30,466 bases of DNA from Thermoplasmata archaeon (GTDB taxonomy: Archaea > Thermoplasmatota > Thermoplasmata > RBG-16-68-12): contig JAJYKG010000001.1 in assembly GCA_021788795.1 (NCBI GenBank), positions 1 to 30,466 of the forward strand. Reading direction: 5' to 3'. The position numbers and the translations under genes are program-made. The notes beneath the pieces are model-generated. The model ran no database searches. It was not told the origin of the DNA and worked only from the letters and a program-made list of their open reading frames with translations. This document shows, in pieces, positions 1-8,313 of the stretch. Numbering within the stretch: the first letter of the stretch is position 1; each line of letters starts with the position of its first letter.

Positions 1-3
1 ACC

Positions 4-591
4 ATGGTTCCGACCTCTGTGGACCCTCGGACCCAGAGCGGCCTCGATGACCTGCGCGAGCACGATCGCGAGGTCCTCGAATTCCTCTCGCGAGATCCTT
101 CCGCCCAGGTGGCGTTCCAGGGCATCCGCCGGCGGCTCGGGATCCACCCCGAGCAGCTCTCCCGTGCCCTGCACCGGCTCGCGGAGGATGACCTCGTCCA
201 GAAGACCGAGGTCGGGTACCGGGTCACCGCCAAGGCGCTCACGATCCTGAGCCCGAAGGACTGGGCCCCGGAACGCACGGGCGCGACCATCCTCCAGACG
301 TACCTGCCCGCGGACGTGGACGTGCGCGCGTTCGTGACTTCCCTCCGCGGATCCTGGGTGGGACCGCTGCGCTGGTATGGGGTGGTCGAGTCCTCGGAGG
401 AGTTGCGGCTGTCCTGGGCCCTCGAGGACGAATCGGTCCAGCTGGACGTGCGGATCCACGGCGGCCAGCTCATGATCACCGCGAACGTGGAGGACCCGAG
501 GCGCCTCGATGAGGCCACGCGCCTGGGGCACCTGCTCTTCCGCCAGATCTCGGGAGAGGCCTCGCGCGGATACGGCGGCCTCGTGGCATGA
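4..591 (+). CDS. Winged helix-turn-helix domain protein with an uncharacterised C-terminal alpha/beta domain
   Basis: The N-terminal segment DREVLEFL...FQGIRRRLGIHPEQLSRALHRLAEDDLVQKTEVGYRVT fits a wHTH (helix-turn-helix plus wing). The start lies at the window edge, so the true start could be further upstream. Confidence 0.7.
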   Translation: MVPTSVDPRTQSGLDDLREHDREVLEFLSRDPSAQVAFQGIRRRLGIHPEQLSRALHRLAEDDLVQKTEVGYRVTAKALTILSPKDWAPERTGATILQTYLPADVDVRAFVTSLRGSWVGPLRWYGVVESSEELRLSWALEDESVQLDVRIHGGQLMITANVEDPRRLDEATRLGHLLFRQISGEASRGYGGLVA

Positions 592-668
592 CCGGTCTTT
601 TGTGACTGGGCCGACCGTCTTCGAATCAACATACCCCACCGCCGCCATGGTCCCTCCGAGGTCAACAC

Positions 669-1247
669 ATGACCACCACGGTTGGCATACGCAGCAAGGA
701 CGGCGTGGTCCTGGCGGCCGACAAGCGCGCGTCGAAGGGGTTCTTTGTCGGATCCAAGGTGGTCCAGAAGCTCTTCGCCCTCGACGACGCGACGGCCGTC
801 GCCATCGCCGGACAGATGTCCGATGCCGAGTACCTCGTGAACCTCGCGAAGGCGGAACGAAGGCTGCTCACCCTGAGGCGCGGCTACCCGCTCAGCGTCC
901 GCGAGAGCGCGAAGCTCATCTCGAACATCGTGTACAACGGAATGAAGAGCTACAGCCCGTTCTACGTCGAACTGGTCGTCGCGGGCGTGGACAAGGAAGG
1001 CGCCCACGTCTACACGAGCGACATGAGCGGCGCCGTGACTTCGGAGGACTTCATGTCCTCGGGGAGCGGCTCGCCGATCGCGTACGGCGTGCTCGAACAG
1101 GGCTACCGCAAGGACATCGCCCTCGAGGACGCGGGGAAGCTCGCCGAGGCCGCGGTCCGCGCGGCGATGGAGCGGGACCCGGGAAGCGGGAACGGCGTGG
1201 ATGTCCTCGTCGTCCCGAACGGACGATGGCACGGGGAGGCGAACTGA
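669..1247 (+). CDS. psmB: 20S proteasome beta-type subunit (Ntn hydrolase) without a propeptide
   Basis: Begins M-TTTVG. D17 and K33 (numbered from Thr1) and the S-G-S-G motif (SSGSGSPIAYGVLE) are present, as is RDPGSGNGVDV. A GAGGT Shine-Dalgarno lies at 658-662. Confidence 0.92.
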   Translation: MTTTVGIRSKDGVVLAADKRASKGFFVGSKVVQKLFALDDATAVAIAGQMSDAEYLVNLAKAERRLLTLRRGYPLSVRESAKLISNIVYNGMKSYSPFYVELVVAGVDKEGAHVYTSDMSGAVTSEDFMSSGSGSPIAYGVLEQGYRKDIALEDAGKLAEAAVRAAMERDPGSGNGVDVLVVPNGRWHGEAN

Positions 1248-1248
1248 G

Positions 1249-1917
1249 ATGGCGGCAGAGATGGGGCGCATGCCCTTCTTCTACTCGCCCGAGGGCCGGC
1301 TGGTCCAGGTGGACTACGCCCTCCAGGCGGTGTCCCGCGGCTCCACGACGGTCGGGCTGAAGACGAAGGACTTCGCCCTTCTCTCGAGCCAGGTGAAGCC
1401 CACGCGACCCCTGCTCGAGCCCGCGGAGAAGGTCTATGTCCTCGACGACCACGTCGGCGCGACCGGAAGCGGCTACATCGGCGACGTGACGACGCTCATC
1501 GACGAGCTCCGCGTGGAGGCGCAGAAGCACCGCCTCGTGTACGACACGCCCATCGACGTGGGCACGCTGTCGCGGCACCTCTCCGAGTACCTGCACCAGC
1601 TGACGATGTATGCGGTGCGCCCCCTCGGCGCGTCGATCATCTTCGCTGGGGCGGACGAGCTCGGCATCCAGCTCGTCCAGGTGGACCCCAGCGGCACCGC
1701 CTTCCGCGGCTCCGGGTTCGCGATCGGCCAGGGGGCCGACGAGGCCCTCGAGGCGATCCATAAGGGCTACCGGCCCGACCTGAGCCTCGAGGAGGCCCTC
1801 TCGCTGACGACGAAGTCCATCGAGGACCTCAACGGCGGCAAGAGCGTCATCGAGCACGGTGTCGTGCAGGCGGGCACGAGGCGCTTCGAGCACCTCCCGT
1901 CCGCGAAGGCCGAGTGA
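1249..1917 (+). CDS. psmA: 20S proteasome alpha-type subunit, divergent N-terminus, 222 aa
   Basis: YSPEGRLVQVDYALQAV matches the alpha H0 signature. GSTTVGLK, EKVYVLDDHVGATGSG, RPLGASIIFAG and VDPSG...AIGQG are also present. The ATG at 1249 is 1 nt after the beta stop; the 1201 start in the track overlaps the beta gene. Confidence 0.9.
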   Translation: MAAEMGRMPFFYSPEGRLVQVDYALQAVSRGSTTVGLKTKDFALLSSQVKPTRPLLEPAEKVYVLDDHVGATGSGYIGDVTTLIDELRVEAQKHRLVYDTPIDVGTLSRHLSEYLHQLTMYAVRPLGASIIFAGADELGIQLVQVDPSGTAFRGSGFAIGQGADEALEAIHKGYRPDLSLEEALSLTTKSIEDLNGGKSVIEHGVVQAGTRRFEHLPSAKAE

Positions 1918-2046
1918 ACCACTCGGCCCCCTTCCTTTCCGTCATACCTCCACTCAGAGGTACGCGCGAATCCGCGGCGGCGGAGCGGCCCCGCGCGCGT
2001 GAACAAGCGTTAAGTGCCCGGCGGTCCATCGCGAGCCCGCATCGCC

Positions 2047-2964
2047 ATGCGCATCGTGTCCTTCCTGCCTGCGGCCACGGAGATTTGCTACGCCTTGGGT
2101 CTGGGCGGGGAGCTCGTGGGCGTCTCGCCCGAGTGCGACTACCCGTCCGCGGTGAAGGAGGTGCCGGTCGTGAGCCGCGCCCTCGTGGACTCCGACGGCA
2201 AGACGAGCGCGGAGACCAGCCAGGGCGTCGGCGAGGCGCTCGCGGAGGGCGGCGCCCTCTACGAAGTCGACCGCGAGAAGCTCGAAGAGGCGGCGCCGGA
2301 CGTGATCCTGACGCAGGGCCTCTGCGAGGTCTGCGCGCCGTCCGTGGCGGACGTGCGCGCGATCGCGACCCGCCTGACGAAGAAGCCGCGCGTCGTCTCG
2401 CTGGACCCCCACACCCTCAAGGACGTGCTCGAGAACATCGAGGCCGTCGGCAAGGCGTGCGGGTCTCCCGTGGCGGCGCGGAGCGTCGTGGAGGATCTGC
2501 GGGAGCGGATCGAACGGGTGGCGTTCCTGACGGCCCGCGTCCACGAGCGGCCGAAGACCGCGTGCATCGAGTGGCTGGAGCCGCTGTTCATGGCGGGCCA
2601 CTGGGTCCCCGAGCTCGTGGAGTTCGCGGGCGGCATCGACGCGGTAGCGAAGCGGGGGGAGCGGTCGCGGCGGATCGAGCCGAAGGACCTCGTCCTCGCC
2701 GCCCCCGAGGTCGCCGTGCTCATGCCGTGCGGGTTCCACCTGGAGCGGACTCGGGCCGAGGCGCCGGCCCTGACGACGAAGCCGTGGTGGAAGGACCTCC
2801 CCGCGGCCCGCGCGAACCGTGTGTGGCTCGCGGACGGCTCCGCATACTTCAGTCGGCCCGGGCCGCGGATCGTGGACGGCCTCGAGATCCTCGCCCACAT
2901 CCTGCACCCCGAGATCTTCTCCCGCGCGCCCGCCTCCAAGGACGCGGTCCCCTGGATGGGCTGA
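2047..2964 (+). CDS. Cobalamin/Fe-siderophore-type substrate-binding protein (BtuF-like) with no signal peptide
   Basis: Shows MRIVSFLPAATEICYALGLG..LVGVSPECDYP, PDVILTQGLCEVCA and YFSRPGPRIVDGLEILAHILHPE. Start moved to the ATG at 2047. Confidence 0.85.
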   Translation: MRIVSFLPAATEICYALGLGGELVGVSPECDYPSAVKEVPVVSRALVDSDGKTSAETSQGVGEALAEGGALYEVDREKLEEAAPDVILTQGLCEVCAPSVADVRAIATRLTKKPRVVSLDPHTLKDVLENIEAVGKACGSPVAARSVVEDLRERIERVAFLTARVHERPKTACIEWLEPLFMAGHWVPELVEFAGGIDAVAKRGERSRRIEPKDLVLAAPEVAVLMPCGFHLERTRAEAPALTTKPWWKDLPAARANRVWLADGSAYFSRPGPRIVDGLEILAHILHPEIFSRAPASKDAVPWMG

Positions 2965-2965
2965 C

Positions 2966-3508
2966 ATGCCCGAGCTGTACACGCGGACGGGGGATGCCGG
3001 GACCACCGGGCTCCTGGGGCCGGAGCGCATCTCCAAGGACGACCCGCGGGTCGAGGCCATGGGCGCCGTCGACGAGCTCAACGCAGTCCTGGGCGTGACG
3101 CTCGCGGCGCAGAAGGACCGCGCCATCCGGGAGACCCTTTTGAGGGTCCAGGACGACCTGTTCACCGTCGGCGCAGAGCTCGCCATGGCCCGGAAGGCGG
3201 AGACCAAGGTTCCGGTGGTCACTGCGGCATACGTCTCCCGACTCGAGTCCGCCATGGAAGGACTCGACGTCGGACCGGTGAAGGAGTTCCTCCTGCCTCG
3301 CGGGTCCGAGGCCCTCGCCCGGCTGCACTGGGCCCGGACCGTCGCGCGTCGCGCGGAGCGCCGTGTCGTCGCCCTGGCCCACAAGGAACCGCTGAACCCG
3401 GAGCTCCTGCGGTACATGAACCGCCTCTCCTCCCTCCTGTACCAGATGGCCCTGTGGGTGCAGACGAAGGAGAAGCGGAAGCGGGAGCACCCCACCTACC
3501 GCAGCTGA
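2966..3508 (+). CDS. pduO: PduO-type ATP:cob(I)alamin adenosyltransferase
   Basis: Shows LYTRTGDAGTTGL, RVEAMGAVDELNA, QDDLFTVGAELA, ARTVARRAERR and YMNRLSSLL. The ATG is 1 nt after the previous stop. Confidence 0.92.
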   Translation: MPELYTRTGDAGTTGLLGPERISKDDPRVEAMGAVDELNAVLGVTLAAQKDRAIRETLLRVQDDLFTVGAELAMARKAETKVPVVTAAYVSRLESAMEGLDVGPVKEFLLPRGSEALARLHWARTVARRAERRVVALAHKEPLNPELLRYMNRLSSLLYQMALWVQTKEKRKREHPTYRS

Positions 3509-3543
3509 CGCGGCGCCCGACGCCCGATTCTGAACGGCAAAAC

Positions 3544-3562
3544 TATTTTAGGATTAACTAAT
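3544..3562 (+). promoter_or_regulatory. TATA-like box plus a short inverted repeat (candidate MarR operator) upstream of the MFS gene
   Basis: TATTTTA at 3544-3550 and ATTA-AC-TAAT at 3553-3562 form an AT-rich island in GC-rich DNA, about 25 nt before the ATG at 3576. Confidence 0.5.
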
Positions 3563-3575
3563 TGGAAGGGGCCCG

Positions 3576-5363
3576 ATGGTCGAGTACAAGTGGGTGGCCC
3601 TCTCGAACACCACGCTGGGGGTCCTCATGGCCTCCATCGACAGCACGATCGTCCTCATCTCGCTGCCGGCCATCTTCCGCGGAATCAACATCGACCCCCT
3701 CACCTCCTTCCAGTACCTGATCTGGCTCCTCTTCGGGTACTTCATCGTGACGGCCACCCTGCTCGTGACCTTCGGCCGCATCTCGGACATGTACGGCCGC
3801 GTGCGGCTGTACAACCTGGGGTTCGCGATCTTCACCGCGGGCTCCATCCTCCTGTCCATCACCCCGAACACGGGCGACCTGGGCGCCATCGAGCTCATCG
3901 GCTTCCGCCTCATCCAGGCGGTCGGCGCGGGCTTCCTCTGGAGCAACAGCGAGGCGATCATCACGGACGCCTTCCCGCCGAACGAGCGGGGGAAGGCCCT
4001 CGGCATCAACCAGATCGCGTTCCTCCTGGGCTCGTTCATCGGCCTCGTCCTCGGCGGCGTCCTCGCGGTCATCGACTGGCGCCTCGTCTTCCTGGTCAGC
4101 GTCCCCGTCGGGATCGCCGGCACGATCTGGTCCTACGCGAAGCTCCGCGAGCTCGGGACCATCCGGCCGGACCGCAAGCTCGACGTGTGGGGCAACGTGA
4201 CCTTCGCCCTCGGGCTCACGACCCTGCTCATCGCCGTCACCTATGGCCTCCTGCCCTACGGCGCGGACCCCATGGGCTGGAGCGACCCGTGGGTCATCGG
4301 AGGCCTGGTCGCCGGGGCCGCGCTCATGGTCGGTTTCATCTTCATCGAGCTCCACGTCCCGGACCCGATGTTCCGGCTGGAGTTCTTCCGGAACCGGTCC
4401 TTCGCGACCGCGATCTCCGCGACCTTCCTGGGCTCGGTCGCCCGCGGGGGGGTCCTCCTCATGCTCACGATCCTCCTCCAGGGGATCTGGCTCCCCCTCC
4501 ACGGATACAGCTACGACTCCACGCCCTTCTGGGCGGGCATCTTCATGCTGCCCGTGTCGCTCGGCCTCATCACGGCGGGACCCATCAGCGGCTGGGTCTC
4601 CGACCGCCACGGGGCGAGGACCTTGGCCACGACGGGCATGGCCCTCGCCTCGGCCACGTTCCTCGCGCTCACGACGCTGCCGTACAACTTCGACTACCTG
4701 ACCTTCGGCGTCCTCATCTTCCTCAACGGGCTCGGCATGGGCATGTTCGCCGCGCCGAACATGGCCTCCATCATGAACGCCGTGCCGCCGGAGCACCGCG
4801 GCGCGACCGCGGGCATGACGAGGACGCTGCAGAACACCGGTCAGCTCGCGAGCTTCAGCATGTTCTTCACCGTGGTCACCGTGGCGTTCTCGGGGAGCCT
4901 TCCCGCCGCGCTCTCGTCCGCGGTCACCTCCGCGGGTGCGCCCCAGCTCGCGCCGGTCCTGAGCCAGATCCCCCCGACGGGCGCGATGTTCGCGGCCTTC
5001 CTGGGCTACAACCCCATGGGCACGATCCTGTCGCAGCTGCCGCCCAGCCTGCTGAACTCCATCCCGTCCTCGACGATCGCGACGCTCACGGGCCTCACGT
5101 GGTTCCCGAACGCCATCGCCCCGGCCTTCATGTCCTCCCTCGCCGAGGCGTTCTACGTGAGCGCGGGCCTGACCGCCGTCGCCGCGGTCGCCTCGGCGCT
5201 CCGGGGCAAGCGGTTCGTGTACGAGGAGGACGTCCTGGGAGCACACCGGATCGCCGCAGCCGCGAACGGCGGGGGCGGCGGCGGGCCTCCGGCCGGCGAC
5301 GACCCCCCAGCTCGGGAGAGCGGTCCTGCGGATCCGGATCCCCCGTCGCCCCCGGGGGGATGA
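3576..5363 (+). CDS. MFS drug-efflux transporter, DHA2/EmrB-like
   Basis: Shows [15 protein letters not shown], motif A ([13 protein letters not shown]), [18 protein letters not shown] and many TM helices, with a Gly/Pro-rich C-terminal tail. Confidence 0.9.
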   Translation: MVEYKWVALSNTTLGVLMASIDSTIVLISLPAIFRGINIDPLTSFQYLIWLLFGYFIVTATLLVTFGRISDMYGRVRLYNLGFAIFTAGSILLSITPNTGDLGAIELIGFRLIQAVGAGFLWSNSEAIITDAFPPNERGKALGINQIAFLLGSFIGLVLGGVLAVIDWRLVFLVSVPVGIAGTIWSYAKLRELGTIRPDRKLDVWGNVTFALGLTTLLIAVTYGLLPYGADPMGWSDPWVIGGLVAGAALMVGFIFIELHVPDPMFRLEFFRNRSFATAISATFLGSVARGGVLLMLTILLQGIWLPLHGYSYDSTPFWAGIFMLPVSLGLITAGPISGWVSDRHGARTLATTGMALASATFLALTTLPYNFDYLTFGVLIFLNGLGMGMFAAPNMASIMNAVPPEHRGATAGMTRTLQNTGQLASFSMFFTVVTVAFSGSLPAALSSAVTSAGAPQLAPVLSQIPPTGAMFAAFLGYNPMGTILSQLPPSLLNSIPSSTIATLTGLTWFPNAIAPAFMSSLAEAFYVSAGLTAVAAVASALRGKRFVYEEDVLGAHRIAAAANGGGGGGPPAGDDPPARESGPADPDPPSPPGG

Positions 5364-5367
5364 GACC

Positions 5368-5865
5368 GTGGTCGAGGACGCGCCGGACCCGATCGACGTC
5401 TGGAAGACCTTCTCCAACGTCTCGAAGACCTGGTTCCGGCTGGCCGAGGCCGACCTGCGCCCCCTCGGCCTCTCCCTGCTCGAGGTCCGCGCCCTGCGGC
5501 TGCTCTCCCGGGAGGGCCCCCAGCCCATGGTCCGGTTGTCCGAAGAACTGCTCGTCAGCCAGCCCGCGATCACGGGGATCGTGGACCGGCTGCAGCGCCA
5601 GGGCCTCGCGGAGCGCGCCCGGGATCGGGCGGACCGACGTGTGGTCCACGTCCGCATCACCGCGGCCGGGCGGCGGACGCTGACCCGGGCCATCGCCATC
5701 CACCGCTCCTTCGTCCGCGAGTCCCTCGACCACCTCCCGCCCCGGGAGGCGGAACGGCTCTCCGGCATCCTGACCCGCCTCGGGGACGCCCTCGCGGCCT
5801 ATGAGGGACAGCGGGAAGCCGCCAGGGCCCAGGCGCGGTCTCACGCGGTAAGGGTGCGGCGGTAG
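5368..5865 (+). CDS. MarR family transcriptional regulator
   Basis: Shows LSLLEVRALRLL, LSEELLVSQPAITGIVDRLQRQGLAER and DRADRRVVHVRITAAG. The GTG start is 4 nt after the MFS stop. Confidence 0.9.
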   Translation: MVEDAPDPIDVWKTFSNVSKTWFRLAEADLRPLGLSLLEVRALRLLSREGPQPMVRLSEELLVSQPAITGIVDRLQRQGLAERARDRADRRVVHVRITAAGRRTLTRAIAIHRSFVRESLDHLPPREAERLSGILTRLGDALAAYEGQREAARAQARSHAVRVRR

Positions 5866-6656
5866 AACCGCAGGACGCGGTCCCACGCGTCCGCCGCGGC
5901 CTCCTTGCGGAACGTCGTCGGGTTCGTGTCGTTGAAGAAGGCGTGGGGGGCTCCCGGATAGATGCGCATCTCGAAATCCCTCTTGTGCTCCGCCATGGCC
6001 CTGACGAGCGCGTCGAGGCCGGCGTTGATCCGCGTGTCCTCGCCCCCATAGAGCCCGAGGACGGCCCCCTGGACATGGGCCAGCTTCTCGATGGGCGTCG
6101 GGTTCTCGCCGTAGAAGATCACGCAAGCGGCGACGTCGGCGGCGCAGGCGAGGTTGATGGACATCCCGCCGCCGAAGCAGAAGCCCACGCAGCCGATGCG
6201 GTCCTTCCGCACGAACGGCTGGGACTGCAGGTAGCGGACCGCACCCACGAGGTCCTGGGTGAGCCGGTCCTTCGGGAGGCCGCCCAGGAGCATCTGCACG
6301 GTGCGGCCCACCTCCGTGCGGTCCGGCTCGGGCAGCTGCTCGATGGCCTGCCTCGCCAGCTCCGGGTCGCGGCGGGGCAGGCGGTACATGACCTGCATCG
6401 CCTTGCGGATCCTCTCCTGCGTCAGGATCTGGGCCAGCTCCGGGCTCCCGAAGAGGTGCGGGGCGAAGGCCACGAAGCCCTCCCGCGCGAACCGGTTCGC
6501 GATGTCCTTCGTGTGGTCGACGAGCCCGAAGATCTCATGGATCACGACCACGCCGGGACGCGGACCCTCGGCCTGGGGCCGGGCCAGGTACGCGGGCATC
6601 CGGCCACTCTCCCCGGTGAACTCGACCATCTCGGAGGATGCGATCTCGACGGCCAT
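5841..6656 (-). CDS. Dienelactone hydrolase family protein
   Basis: Shows PGVVVIHEIFGL, the nucleophile motif GFCFGG, GGEDTRI (Asp) and YPGAPHAFFND (His). Confidence 0.92.
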   Translation of the reverse strand: MAVEIASSEMVEFTGESGRMPAYLARPQAEGPRPGVVVIHEIFGLVDHTKDIANRFAREGFVAFAPHLFGSPELAQILTQERIRKAMQVMYRLPRRDPELARQAIEQLPEPDRTEVGRTVQMLLGGLPKDRLTQDLVGAVRYLQSQPFVRKDRIGCVGFCFGGGMSINLACAADVAACVIFYGENPTPIEKLAHVQGAVLGLYGGEDTRINAGLDALVRAMAEHKRDFEMRIYPGAPHAFFNDTNPTTFRKEAAADAWDRVLRFYRRTLTA

Positions 6657-6728
6657 GCTTACCCTCGGACGGGCCGAGACGGGACCGCCGCTTAAACCTT
6701 CACTGCGGCACCGATCCGGCCCCGCCTG

Positions 6729-7787
6729 CTACGCCGAGACTCTCGTGTCCAGGAACCGCTGGAGATGCGCGACGGCCTGTTCGTTGCCCGTCGCCATGGG
6801 CGGGAGCCGCCCCAGGGCGAGCTTCTCCGGGATCAACTCTTTGAGCCGCTGGACGTCTTCGAAGCGATAGCCCAGCTCCGCCGCGTTGCGCTCGGCTTCC
6901 GCATGGCCCTTCGGCGGGATGGCGATCACCGGTGTGCCGTAGGCGCGCGCCTCGCCCACGGTCCCCTTCCCCGCGGTCGTGAGGACGAGGTCCGCCGCGA
7001 GCACGAAGTCCTGGAGGTTCGGGAGGAAGCCGTACGTGTACACCCCGGGCGCGGGGTCGACCTTCAGCTTCGGGCCGCTGACGACGACCATGGAGGCGTC
7101 GGGCAGGTCGAGTTCCCGGAACGCCTGGATCGCCGCGCTCAGGAGGAACTCCCCCGCCGCCGTGCCTCCCGCGGTCACGAGGATCGTCCGCTTCCGGAAG
7201 AAGAGATCCTCCCGCAACTTCTCCCGCGAGGCGCTCGGCGCCCGCACGATGGGGCCGACCCGCTTCACGTTCGGCCAGTCCGGGCCGGAGTCCGTCACGA
7301 GGATGAGATCGACCCGCCGGGCGAGCCGCGAGAACCCGAAGTTGCCGAGTCCCTCGGCGGCCCGCGACAGCGGATCAAGCGCGAAGTCGCGTGCGAACTC
7401 GTTCAGGACGAGTGCCGTCGGCACGTGATGGCGGACCGCCTCGCGGACGGAGGCGAGCTCGCTGTCCGAGAGGAGGAAGCGGTAATACTCCCAGTCGCCC
7501 TCTTTGCGCATGAACCTCCCTGCGGTCCGCAGGTAGCGCGCGTACCCGCGGTACCAACGCCAGACCGGCCCGAGGACCCCATCCTGGGCGGGGAAATCCG
7601 GCGCGGGCGGCATGGTCAGGGCGTCGAAGCCGCTCGAGACCACGAGGTCGAGCGCAGGCGACCCCGCGAGGAACAGGAAGTAGAGGCGCGGGTCCCGTTC
7701 CAGGAGCCCGCGGGCGAGGGCCACCGATCGCGTGGCGTGGCCGAGGCCCTGGGAATGCACCGCGAAGTAGCCGTTCCGCTCCTCCAT
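6729..7787 (-). CDS. GT-B glycosyltransferase (GT28/MurG-like C-terminal domain)
   Basis: N-terminal SQGLGHATRS. The C-terminal domain has ILVTAGGT and ADLVLTTAGKGTVGEARAYGTPVIAIP. Confidence 0.75.
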   Translation of the reverse strand: MEERNGYFAVHSQGLGHATRSVALARGLLERDPRLYFLFLAGSPALDLVVSSGFDALTMPPAPDFPAQDGVLGPVWRWYRGYARYLRTAGRFMRKEGDWEYYRFLLSDSELASVREAVRHHVPTALVLNEFARDFALDPLSRAAEGLGNFGFSRLARRVDLILVTDSGPDWPNVKRVGPIVRAPSASREKLREDLFFRKRTILVTAGGTAAGEFLLSAAIQAFRELDLPDASMVVVSGPKLKVDPAPGVYTYGFLPNLQDFVLAADLVLTTAGKGTVGEARAYGTPVIAIPPKGHAEAERNAAELGYRFEDVQRLKELIPEKLALGRLPPMATGNEQAVAHLQRFLDTRVSA

Positions 7788-7827
7788 GGCGGGGTGCCGA
7801 TGGGTGCGGGCTACTAAGACCTTGGCG

Positions 7828-8313
7828 CTAGGGCTTCGAGGCCGCTTTCGCAGGCGTGGGCATAGGAGGCACCTCGCCCGCGGTGGTCACCTGGTCGAAC
7901 TCCTTGTCCTCCCACATGTCGTAGGCGATGGCCACCGCGGCCGCCTGCGTGATAATCGCGAAGGCGTTCACCACGTGGACGAACAGGAGGACGTAGAAGA
8001 GGGAGAGGTTGACGACAGGTATCTCCCACGTCAGGTAGCCCTTGAACAGGAGGATGACGCCGAGGACCGCCATGAGGATGGACAGCTGGAACGTGGACTG
8101 GGCGGTGCGCTTCACGCGGCCCGCAATCGTCGTGTTCCGGACGCCGTTGTAGTTGTTCAGGGCCAGGAGGATCATCGCGAACCCCAGGGCCGAATGGATA
8201 TAGATGAGGGGGTCGGCCACGCCGCCGAAGGCGGCCACGTGGGTGCTCATCACGATGAGGAACTCCAGGAACGCGATCCAGATCATCGCGAACAGTCCCT
8301 GCCACAGCTTCAT
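7828..8313 (-). CDS. Hypothetical four-TM membrane protein
   Basis: 161-aa ORF with four hydrophobic segments and an SD-like GAGGTTGGTGG before the ATG. Confidence 0.75.
   Translation of the reverse strand: MKLWQGLFAMIWIAFLEFLIVMSTHVAAFGGVADPLIYIHSALGFAMILLALNNYNGVRNTTIAGRVKRTAQSTFQLSILMAVLGVILLFKGYLTWEIPVVNLSLFYVLLFVHVVNAFAIITQAAAVAIAYDMWEDKEFDQVTTAGEVPPMPTPAKAASKP

Noticed and set aside
591-668. Possible Pup- or ubiquitin-like small gene upstream of psmB, by analogy with pup-prcBA
   Set aside because: The gap is only 77 nt. The ATG at 647 belongs to a shadow frame that runs through psmB, and there is no GG(E/Q)-ending small ORF.
1918-2046. Cobalamin riboswitch upstream of the BtuF-like gene
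   Set aside because: The region is short and has no B12-box. I see only a pyrimidine tract, one 6-bp inverted repeat (1945-1962) and a TATA-like GTTAAG.
5270-5363. Gly/Pro-rich tail of the MFS transporter as a repeat element or frameshift product
   Set aside because: It follows the last TM in frame, ends 4 nt before marR, and has no regular repeat unit. It is most simply a disordered tail.
1954-5768. Long ORFs 1954-3495 (-), 3558-5768 (-) and 3590-5683 (+)
   Set aside because: They are antisense or off-frame to clearly identified genes and are rich in Arg, Gly, Pro and Ala with no motifs, which is typical of high-GC shadow ORFs.
5841-5865. Convergent overlap of marR and the dienelactone hydrolase gene
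   Set aside because: A 25-nt tail-to-tail overlap is ordinary in compact GC-rich genomes.
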